Made by a program: the position numbers and the translations under genes. 64,000 bases of DNA, taken from the NCBI GenBank assembly GCA_965202585.1, contig OZ241829.1:11842001-11906000 (forward strand), in the 5' to 3' direction. The notes beneath the pieces were generated by a model. The model ran no database searches. It was not told the DNA's origin and saw only the letters and a program-made list of their open reading frames with translations. This DNA is from Thalia democratica (lineage: Eukaryota). Of this stretch, positions 28,501 to 40,500 are shown one piece after another. The first letter of the stretch is position 1. Every line of letters starts with the position of its first letter.

Positions 28501-31500
28501 TATATATATTAAAATGTTAATTATACATTTAATTCTTACTTGCAATTGTTCAAGTCAGTGTAAGGCATGTCAGTGGCGTATAATGCAGCGCATTCGTACG
28601 TTTTTTCCAAAACTTTCTACAAATATCAAATATATATATATTAAAATGTTAATTATACATTTAATTCTTACTTGCAATTGTTCAAGTCAGTATAAGGCAA
28701 GTCAGTGGCGTATAATGCAGCGCATTCGTATGTTTTTCCAAAACTTTGTACAAATATCAAATATATATGTATTGAAATGTTAATTATACATTAAAATCTT
28801 ACTTGCAGTTGTTCAAGTCAGTATAAGGCAAGTCAGTGGCGTATAATGCAGCGCATTCGTATGTTTTTCCAAAAACTTTGTACAAACACCAAATATATAT
28901 ATATTGTAATATTAATTATACATTTAATTCTTACTTGCAATTGTTCAAGTCACTGTAAGGCATGTCAGTGGCGTATAATGCAGCGCATTCGTACGTTTTT
29001 TCCAAAAACTTTGTACAAACATCAAATATATATATTGAAATATTAATTATACATTAAAATCTTACTTGCAATTGTTCAAGTCACTGTAAGGCAAGTCAGT
29101 GGCGTATAATGCAGCGCATTCGTAAGTTTTTTCCAAAACTTTGTACAAATATCAAATATATATATTGAAATGTTAATTATACATTAAAATCTTACTTGCA
29201 ATTGTTCAAGTCACTGTAAGGCATGTCAGTGGCGTATAATGCAGCGCATTCGTACGTTTTTTCCAAAACTTTGTACAACGAGCATCCAGGTAGAAGCTGT
29301 ATGTCTGAAATTATATCTTTGTTTACTTAAAGTTTCTCTTCGAATAAAACTACAAACTATTATGTAACTGTGACAGCTAAATTTATATATTTGTTCTAAC
29401 TTGTACAGCTAAGTTCCCAAAATGGTTAAAAAACTGCTTATATACTACTTTAAAAAATGTAATAATATTTTTATCAAATGTAAAATCTGCATACCTACAA
29501 GTATGTTTAGTTTGTTTGTTAAATTCTTTTTCAGGTTAAAGTAATAAAAAATATAATATAACTACTTAACAGCCAAATTTGTTTATTGGTGCTAATTTTA
29601 AGAGTATTGAATTACATAATGATAAAAAACAGTTTAATTTCAAAATAAAAAAAAACATTTTATTTTTTAAATCTGTGGTATATATTTATTGTTTTTATTA
29701 TAAGCTTTATGCTCAGTTTCTACCAAACTTTTGTTAAAGACATTTTTATTTTATACACTTGTAACGTAACTCCAGTTAACACTTTAAGATAGATAATATT
29801 TTTAAATTTTATGAACCTAGTGTAAAACTAAAGTTATAATAATTTAAAAATTAAGCTTTACTTATTTATTAATGTGATAAAGGTTTTGAAATTTTACAAT
29901 AACCAGTTTTACCAACTCTGCACTTATCAATTTATTCAAATAAATAAGTTATAAGTGCAGCGTAATTTATGCACCCTGAAAATATTATTAACAATTTTCT
30001 ACATAAAATTTTGTCAATCTAAGTGTTGACTTTTTTGTGTAATAGACAAACAAACAATTTTGTCAATAAATATTACAACATTAAAACCAACCAGTCTTGT
30101 CGATTCTGCACTGCTGTGACGTCATCAGGGGTTCGAAGTCGGTGCAAACGTTTCCAATGCAAACTTCCTGCTCGCAACGAGTGACGTCACCGCCCGTTTC
30201 CGCTCTGACGACACGCGCTATGTCGTCACACGTGTAAGGTTGTGACGCGTTGAAACACTTTCCGCTCTCCACACGTACTGGAAATAAATTAGAATAATGA
30301 AAAAAATTTTAACACTTGTATTGGTGTTAATCATCAAATGTGTTTAATGATTTTTTATAATATGATGTAATTATGTCGTCACAGGCGTAAGGTTGTGATG
30401 GGTTAAAACACTTGCCGCTCTCGACTCGGGCTGTGGAAGCAAAATAAAAAGTATTATGTTCTATCTTTTAAAGATTTAGAGCTTTTAAGTTGACTCTGCT
30501 GTTTCAATATCCAGTATAAACGAAAAGTATCTCAAAAAGTTTTGATTCAAAAATACTCCAGCTTAAATAAAAACTTAAGCGTAAAGCTTGTGTAAAATAG
30601 TTCGATGGTATAAAAGTGTGAGCTGCGTTCAAAGTGGTGCACACTTTTATATAAGTTTTATAATGCTTGATGCTTTATTGACTGAAGACTGAAGAAAGTT
30701 CGTTTGTTAAAATACCGAGTTTGAAACAATGGTAAAAAATACTGTTATTTTTTTCAAATGATTCTTTATATATGAACAAGTGTATAGAATATACATTGTG
30801 TGTAAAAACCTGTTTATATTTTTTTTTATAAATTTGAAACAAAATAAGGATTAGTTCTACATTGTGCTTTTTTTAATTAATCGCTTGATGACTTAATTTA
30901 AGATTTTAAAACCGGATGACACGGTTTTAAGCAGATTAAGTAAAACTTTTTAGTTTTTCAAGGTAACCTTTTTAGACTTTTCATACAACGATCATACTAA
31001 GTTGTGCTTACGCTAGTATAAAACAACCTTTCTAAACCTTTCTTGAGTTTAAATAAGTTTGAAACTTCAAGTGCGGTTTTTAATTAAAACTCAAGCTACG
31101 TACGAAATAGGGTTGAAAGTTTCAGAAAATAGTAAGCTCTTAATTTCAGCAAAACGTTAATAATGTGAAAAGCTTGTATTAATTCTGTACTTTTAAGCTT
31201 GCATTTCGCAAACCTGACATCAAGTTTTAATTTCTTATAAGTTTTAAGAAAGTTTTAAAATATTTTTTCTAACTACGATGTTTTACTTTACAACAGATTA
31301 AATCTGATGCGTAAAGCTAAGTATAACAAAATTCTTTAAAATAAATAAATATTTTTTTACTTGTTAGTTCAAACTTATAAACCAAAGTCTTTGTGCTAAA
31401 TTAATGTAAAATTTTGGACTAATATTCACATTCTAAACATTAATTAAAGCAGCCACACTGCATAGAAGCAAAATGCGAAATAACACTATTAGCTTTTTCG

Positions 31501-34500
31501 TTTAAGATAAAAGTAATTTTTTATATATTTAAAAAGTTTTTTTTACAATTTTTACGTTTTAGTTTTTTCATATATTTAGATATAAACTAAACCTTCAATT
31601 CCACCTAGTAAATAAAACTGTTACTTTTGAGTATAATTTGTCAGAATCAGTGAAAATATAGCTTAAAAAATAGTTTTAAAAATGGTATAAACAACTTAAC
31701 TCTTAAAAAGTATTTTTAGTATAGACCGTTTTTTCAAAACAGAAAAAGATAGTTATTTAAAAAAACACATTTACTCCTCGCAGTTTAGATATTTCACACA
31801 ATATTTATTATAATGCAATTCATTTAAGCAAATTATATTGGTTTTTAAAACAAACTTTAGTTTCAATCAGCAACGTTTACATGTAACCTCTAAACAGAAA
31901 CAGTTGTGTCACAAATCATTTGTTTGTTTACAACAGTCTTATTTTTAACGGACCGGTTTGTTTTAATAACAAACATTTCTATTTGTATAAAACAAGTTTA
32001 TGCACCACAAGGCAAAACGAAGTTAAACGATGTACTTTGTGCAAATTATTTATTGAAAATAATCATTTCCAATCAAATTTTTAAAGTATTTTTTATAAAA
32101 ATATCAAAACTAATTGATTTTTTTTTAATTTAAGATACGTCATGAAACCAAACGATGATTAAAAAGAATTTAGATCAAACTTAAAGTATACTTATAATTA
32201 TATGTAACTTTTGTATTTTAGTCTTAAACATATAAACCGAATAAACAGCCAACCATTGATGCACTGACAAATTAGAATCTTAAAATCTAAAACCTTACTT
32301 GTTAACAGTTTCAAAACTATTTTTATTAAACTAAAATATGTACTCGACCACTTTGATAATACAGATAATAAAAACTCAAATGGAACAAATTTAACTATAA
32401 AGCGCTTATTATATATGTGTTTGTAACTGTCATTTATCATAACTCACAATATTCTCAAAACAACAAATTATATTTTTAATACATAGGTCGTATTGGTCTT
32501 TTTGACTGTTTTGGCTACTACACTAAATAACGTTTTACCAGAAATAACAAAATGTACGTAACATATACTAGCACGTAACTTTTTATTTTATACGACTACT
32601 TACCTACGCCGCCCTTGATGAAATCGAATCTTTCGACGTAACTTTTATTGAACTAAAATATGTAGTCGACCGATTTTATTATACAGACAATAAAACTCAA
32701 ATGATGCAAACTTAATTATAAAGCGTTTATTATATTTTAATTTGTAACTGTCACATATCATAGTTCTCAATATATTGCTAAACAATAAACCATATTTTCA
32801 ATACATGGGTCGTATTGGTCTTTTTGACTATTTTGGCTACTACGATTTAACAGAAAGTACAAAAACTACCTGTGCCGCCCTTGATGAAATCGAATCTTTC
32901 GACGTAACACAAGTGCCTGTTATCAGGGCAAGTTTCGATCTTCGTGTAATCGGAAACAAGTTCTCCTTCCATGAACGTCTTGTCTCCCACCACACACACT
33001 CGGTCTGTGTGAAAATAATAAATTAAAATTTCACTTTTCTGTATCTGTTTAACAAAACAAATTATTGTGCATTGTACATGTATAACTAGCTTCCTGTTAA
33101 GCACACTGTGTGTCTATAAGAACGAATAAGTTGGTGAGAATATTTTTAAGTACAATCAAAATCTTAATAAAATTAAATGCATTTATCACATACTTACTAC
33201 TTTACTTGATGCGTTTTTAGTTTTTTTTGTGTTCTTGTAAACGTCTTTTACACTTCTTTTTAATCATAATTTTAAAGGTCGTATATACAAAAGAAACAAA
33301 ATAACTTGTTAAGTTTGATTTTTAGTTATATATATTTTTAAACTCAAACTTACTAGCATCGCAGGCAGGGAACTTCTTGGCTCTCGTGAACAACTTGTAC
33401 AATAAATTCAAAGACTTCATCTCTTTTCTGCTCATCATCACATTCATGATGCATGATCTCTTCACTAAGTTGCTAATCTCCGAATGCATTGAGTCGTATG
33501 CTCTGTTGTGTTACAAGTTATAAGTGTATCCTAATGGATAAAGATTTTATCTATTTGAAAAAGCTCTAAAATAAAATGCTAATTAAAAACAAATGTGCTT
33601 GCTAAGTATAATTGTGCATTAGCATATTCAATTTATTAGAACGATCAAAAAAGTTAATACTCTTAAATAATTAAACTTCTCTTAAGTTAGTCTTTTGTTA
33701 AAGCCAGCACGAACGAACCACAGTAAACTCTGAAATTTTTATCAACAAAACAAAACCCACGTGCAGATACCCTCGTGCGATCCGGCTCTCGTGAACTCCA
33801 CCATGGAGTCTTCGAAAATCTTGTAGATCTTATCGAAGGTTCCTCGCACGCACGGCATGTACTCGTGGAACGACTGCAGTTCCACATCAATTCCAACAGA
33901 TTTCAAAAGATCCCCTGGGATTTTATGAACAGTTTAAAATACATAAAAATACATAAAAACATTGCGTCTTTTGTTTTAAATAATTTAGTTATCTCGGTAG
34001 GACGATCTCATTTTCACTAAATACTTAGACATTTTATCACATAAAACAGTATTTAGAAGTGTTTGTAAATTGAAAAAAAAGTAAAATAAGCTTAATAAAA
34101 ATAAAAGGAGATAAATCTTCAAAAAATAAAGCTAATGATCACCTAATACTGAGGGCAGGTCCATTAAGCTCATCCAATCCTGAATGTTAGTGTTCCTGGT
34201 GCAGAACATCTGTTTCGCCTTTTCCATTTTTTCCAACAAATTCGGGTATCCCATGACGGTGGCCCTGTTCCTAAAGTCTTCGAAGGAAGTGAGTTCGTAG
34301 CTCATTAAGTGAATGAACTGAAAAAAAATATATAATAAAAATATTCTGTTTGAATCAGAAATTATTTCAACTGATGATCTTTTTTTTTTGAGTGAAACAT
34401 TGTTTTGAAAATAAAAGTTTAAACTACTTAAAATTGAACTGAACAAAACCATGAATTTACAATAGGCATTAACTTTGTAATTTTTTTTTGTTGTATTTTT

Positions 34501-37500
34501 TGTAGTTTTGTTTAAGAAATCATTGTATTGGTTTAAAAGTTTGCAAATAAACTAGTTTCAGGCGACCAAAATAGGTTGTTGGTTTTAATTGTTAGCATTT
34601 GCTTGGTATTTATAAGTTAAGGATGAGTTATCTTGGTAAAATAAGTTTTTAACTCAATTATAGGTAGTTGTCGACCCTGTTATATGACTAGATATACAGC
34701 TACGACTTAACAAGTTTAATGTTTAGTCAAAAATAAATGATATTAACCCGAATCAAATACAGTTGTAATAGTTCCGTTCAAACAAAAATAAACAAATAAA
34801 ATAAATTTTTGTGTTAATTACTTATAACTTACCGGGTAAAAAGCGCTCAACCCAGGATTAGGATCGAACATACAATGTAAAAAGTACAATCAAATATTTT
34901 ACATAAAAAAATTAATTTTAACTCACCGCATATATACATTATATGCTCTCAACCAAGATAAGTGATTGAATAAATTTAAGAAATAAACATAAGTAAATTT
35001 TTTAAACAAAAATATAGTATAACTTACTGGATAGTTTGTTCTTTTAATTAATGGATAACTATCTATTAGCTGACAGGATAAGAAGCCCTAAACTCAGGAA
35101 TATGATCTAAAATACTAAGTATAAAGTACAATAAAAAATGTTTGTTTTAAAAATATTTATTCTAACCGGATAATTTGCTCTCAATCCAGGTATGTGATCG
35201 AACAAGGTCTTGCATCTTCCATGCAAGCATCCGTTTAGCACCCTCATCATACAACCCATCATTTCTTCCGATTTCATGCTGGAATGTTATTAAGAAATAT
35301 TTATATGCTTTTATGATAAAGTTTATGCTTAAATAATTTGCAATAATTCTATATAGGAGCATGTAAACACCCAATCATATGTTCAGCTTTGATATTGGAA
35401 TGAATAAGTATTGTTTAGTTGAATTAACTTTTTTAAACTACACACAGGTGTTTTCATACACCCGTCGTTTTCTTTGATGTAGCAATATAAAAATCAACTA
35501 TAAATATTTCATAGCAGAAGTTATACACAAAATAGGTATAATTGGTACTTCATGTACCTATGACATCATTTATTACGATTTTGTGCTAAAAAGTCGTTCA
35601 AAGAAATTATAAGCTATACAGTTTGCCAGCAACCTGAAAAACTCTGTCGACTTTTGTTGTTCCTTTAACATATATCGACTTTATAAGTTTAAATAAACTA
35701 ACCTGCTTTCTAACTATAAGTATTTAACCAACTAAAAAGATTGACTAAAAACACTGTTTTTACGTTTTAGCTGTTTACTTAACTGCAAAATTTAACAAAC
35801 GTTGTGCTATTGTTCGTATGAAAATAGTAATCATTTTTCTTACCCGCACGTATCATCATTTTCGTACGGCAGGTCCGACAAGTAAGGGACCATGCAAACC
35901 AAAATTCTGTCCAAAGCGTCGTTCAGTGTACAGTTGGGCAGTATTCTCATGTCTGTTAATATAAAGTTTTTTTGAAAACAAAAAACAAGTTTAATGTGTT
36001 CACTGAAACCTGTTAATATTTGTGTGGTCTAATCTCCAACATAACTTAATATTGACAACTAATGAACGGCTATAATTTTTAAATTACCCTAGAATTTCCA
36101 TTTCATAAATCAAACAAATCATCAGCATTAGTAAAATAAACAGAGTAAAAAAAAAATCTTAAAAAATATACAAAAGAATAACTAGTTCAAAACATTTTCG
36201 TTCATTGTAAAATATTATCAAGTTGACTATATATAACTTATATATCTAACTATGGTTAACATCTACAAGACTTTAAACATAAAATCTTATAATCCACTTA
36301 TAAAACAACTTTAAAAATACATTCAAAATGTCAACAAAAAAAACGTCATCATCAGTAATCTGACAACTTAAAGCACTACAACTCAAAGGATTATCAAAAT
36401 AACTAAACATCTCCAACAGTCATAAAAGTATTTATGTTAATTACAAACCGTCATCATCGATAATCTAACAATTTAAAAAACTACAACTCAAAGGAGTATC
36501 AGAATAACTAAATATGTCCAACATTTGTAAAAAAAAATATGTTGAGTACAAACCGTCATCATCAGTGTGACAATTGTCGGGATCCGTTGTCTTCATCTGA
36601 GTGCACAGGTCTCCGTTGCACACGTGCGTCTCGCACTTTGACACGTCCCCGTCGATGGTCTCCTTCATCAGGTACTTCAAATCGTGGCAGTCCTGAGCCG
36701 GTGCCTCGGCCGGGTCGTGGCAAAGTCCTTGCTCAGTTTGCACTGTGCAGAGTGTTTTTATAAATAGCATTTTTTCAATCTTTAGTTTTATTATTAAGTG
36801 ATAGTGTAGCCCGCTTTGGGAAAAATAGGTTAAAATTACAGCAAGCTTTGCATAACTGTACAACATAAAAGAGCCTAAACTGTTCTTTTAAGTAAATCGT
36901 GATCTTTATTATGTATCATTAGTTTATGTTTAAAGAGTTATATTTGAGTTAATAGCTCGGAAACCGATAAACCCAATAAACCAATATCACCTTTTATAAG
37001 AAAACTAACTGTTTGTATGGTTGTTGTACATAATTTGTTTTCGTGTAACTTTATTATAATTTAGACCGCAAAAACTGTATGATGGTTTAGTTATACTTCC
37101 GTATCTGATTCAAAAAAACTTTATTTGTTCAGATTCTCACCTGTCCACTTGAAGCCATTCTCAACTCCCGACAACTCGTACTTTGCGTGGTAACACACCT
37201 GGTTGCCATGGCCGCATGGCACCTCGGTAACCGTGTCAGAGACCGGGTATCCCATGGAAGTCGTCCGGTCCCCAACCACACACCTTCTCTCTGAAAGTAA
37301 TATAAATGTTAAGTTTGTTTTTTATGGTATTTTTTATCTTAAGTTTGTTTTTTACAGTATTTTTTATCTTAAGTTTGTTTTTTATGGTATTTTTTATCTT
37401 AAGTTTGTTTTTTATGGTATTTTTTATATTAAGTTTGTTTTTTATGGTATTTTTTATTTTAAGTTTGTTTTTTACAGTATTTTTTATATTAAGTTTGTTT

Positions 37501-40500
37501 TTTATGGTATTTTTTATCTTAAGTTTGTTTTTTACAGTATTTTTTATCTTAAGTTTGTTTTTTACAGTATTTTTTATCTTAAGTTTGTTTTTAGTATTTT
37601 TGACACCTTTCTTAGTTTAAAACAGTTCAACGGTTAGGTTTGTTACAGCTCTGAGGAAAATATTCAACTTGTTTTCTACTTTTAATATTCAAGTTAAAAT
37701 CAAATCAAATCAAATTTATAAAATTATCAAAATCAAGCAGCATCGTAGTTATTAATCAAAGTGTTGAAATAAACAAGTTGATCGAAAATTTTAGTTATGT
37801 TTATTTAAACCTCGTAATTTTATAACAGAGAAAGGGTTTAAATTAAAGTAAGCACGTTAATATCTGCTAAGTGTTAATGTTAAACTAGTTTTTAAACCAT
37901 TAACATCACTATTGCAATTGCTTAAACTGTTTTATTAAACAACGACAACTAGCTGCTAAAAGTTCACCTGTTTTTTAGTCAACAGTCGATTCGCTAAATA
38001 TAGAAAATTTTGTTGTTATCTAAAACTGTTTACTTATATTTTAATTTACACTTGATTTGTGAAGAAACAGTTATAGGTTTCTTTTGTAAAAGAAAAACAA
38101 ACTACTTTTTTTCAAAAGTACTTTGAACAGACAAACTTTCGCTTAAACAGCTCGTCAGTGCTTAACATAGATACTAGAATATTAAGATTACGATGAGAAG
38201 AAATAGAACAATGTTATTTGAATGAATAAGTTCCCATTTTGATTACTTTGAATATTTTGACTAAGTGTTTAAAAATTATCATTAAAATAAAATATAAAAT
38301 AAACCACTGTCGCATCCTAGCATATTGTATTTTGCGCAAACCAGCTTTTTAATAAAAAATAAAGTATTCTATCAATGTTTATAACTGTCATATTTCACAA
38401 CTGAAACCAACCGCTGTCACATCCTGGCATCTTGTAATTTTACGATAAGAACTTCTTAAAACCATCTACTTTTGTTTTATGATTATTTTTTTTAAGTTTA
38501 AAACGGTCAAAAACTTCTTGCAAATATTTTAAAGATTTCAAGTCAACGGCAAAAGTATCATGAACGTATTTATTTTAACGTCATTTTTTAATCAATTTTT
38601 ACAAATTAGAACCAACCCTGATCGCATCCGGGCATCTTGTAATTTTGCGAGAAGAACTGTTCGATCACGTCCAGTCCCTCGCTGAACAACCTCGCTGCTC
38701 CGTCACTCACTCCCATCTGGTTGACGATCCTCTCAATCCTGATCCGCGGATCCGACTCGCAGTGGGTCACCTTCAGCTTGTTTATCGAAGCGTGAAAGTC
38801 CTCGTATGTTCTGAGCAAAATGATTAGCATGGCATTACTATTTATGTTATAACTGCAAAGATATCATAAAAAATTTTATAACTGAATCGTACTTAAATTT
38901 ACCTACAGTTGTTGTTCAGATCAACTTTATGCTGTTTAGGAAAAGTACATAAAAATAATAAAAATATAAACTTTCTTTTTTAAACTAATCTAACTTGGCT
39001 GAAAACCAATAGTTTATAAATTTTCTGTTAACAACAGTGTAAATTTCACCGACTTGCAAAAAGATTGGTGACTGGATGCGCGGGAAAACCCGTCAACGGC
39101 CATTTTGATCTCCTCCTTCAGCTTCCTGGGGAATTCCCTGGTGCAAGGCAACACGTACTCCAGTGGGGGAAGCATGAACGCGGACTCGAAACTTTTGAAG
39201 AATTTCTCCAAACCGGGAAGCACCTCCGCAACTACGTACCAAATTTCCCTCGCCTTTATATGAATAATATAAATAATAAAACCAAGGATTTTTTTATTAA
39301 TATTTTATTTAAACAAATTCAAGTAATTTGAAGTATTATTACTAAGTATCCCTTAGATGTAAAATTAAACAAAAATTAAACTATTATATACAGCTTAATT
39401 TTGATAAAGTATTTTGATTTAAAACTTATTATTTTTTTAAATATTACTAAAATCAATCCCTCTCACCCGTTCTTTTTCTGCCTCTTGTGGGCAGAAAGCC
39501 CTAGTAGCGTTCTTCAAAAGTTCCACGGTCAAAGGGGAATCCCAGAAATTGAGACGATTGTAGGCGTCTTCCACCGAAGTCAGGTCACGTGTCATCTCTC
39601 TCACCGGCTGTTGAGTAGTTTTTTTGTTTACTTAACACTAAGCTAATTTTTGTTCATTAACTTTTAACTTGGTAAAAAAACTGGCTTTTTAATATTTTTT
39701 ATTTTATCAATTCTAATACTGGCTGTTTACTTGGATTTTTTTTTTCAATATTATTTTACTTCATAAAAAAACAGACTATCGTTGTTTTATTTTTTCTCGT
39801 CATTTCCTTAGACTTACTGTTGAGCTTTAAAGTTTTAATTTAATTCTTGATAAAATATGTTTACTTGTTTTATTTAAACTTTATGATATGCTTTAAAGTT
39901 AACGTAGTGTTTATTATATTGTATCAAAGAAACGCATTTAGATAAATAGTTTCGTTTAATATTTTTTTATGGAAAATAGATTTTTGAGTTTTTCTTTTCT
40001 GCAAAATTTCTGCAAAAAAAAAAAAACTCATTTAAAACATAAACTTCAAACATCTTGTGGTTATTTTAAAGCTGTACTTTCAAAATCAAATACAAACCTG
40101 ATAGAACGATCTCAACCCAGGTAGCATATCAAGAACAGTTGGGCAAGTTCCCCACAAACAGTTGTGAGCTATTTCTCCCATGCATAACAACATATTGTCC
40201 ACATTATTGCTGTGAAAAGTTTTTGTATTATTTAATACTTTTTTTTTACTGTTAGGTTCAAATATTTCAAAAAATTTATGTTCAATTTCTCCAAGACCTA
40301 ACAATACCTTACCGATATTGTTTCTGTAAACGGAGTGTTGTATTGGTTATTGTTTAATACTTGTTTTACAATGGTAATGCTAGTTAGTTTTAAAAATTTT
40401 TTTACAAGTCATCCAAAACATAACAGTATCTTTTTTACGTTGTTGCTTGAATATAAATTTAAGTTATTTTATAACTAGTATTTCAAATTACTTTAGTTAA

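Noticed and set aside
25507-29046. Long plus-strand ORFs (up to 346 aa, 'MQRIRTFFPKLCTN…')
   Set aside because: These are antisense read-through of a 132-bp (multiple of 3) tandem repeat. The meaningful frame is the minus-strand exon 26.
25335-29278. CRISPR-like array interpretation
   Set aside because: There are no unique spacers and whole units are near-identical. The context is a spliceosomal-intron gene with no cas genes.
37203-37637. Hydrophobic repeat ORFs (FVFYGIFYLK)n / (LSLFFMVFFI)n
   Set aside because: Translation of a 30-bp T-rich minisatellite; antisense to exon 17 and its intron.
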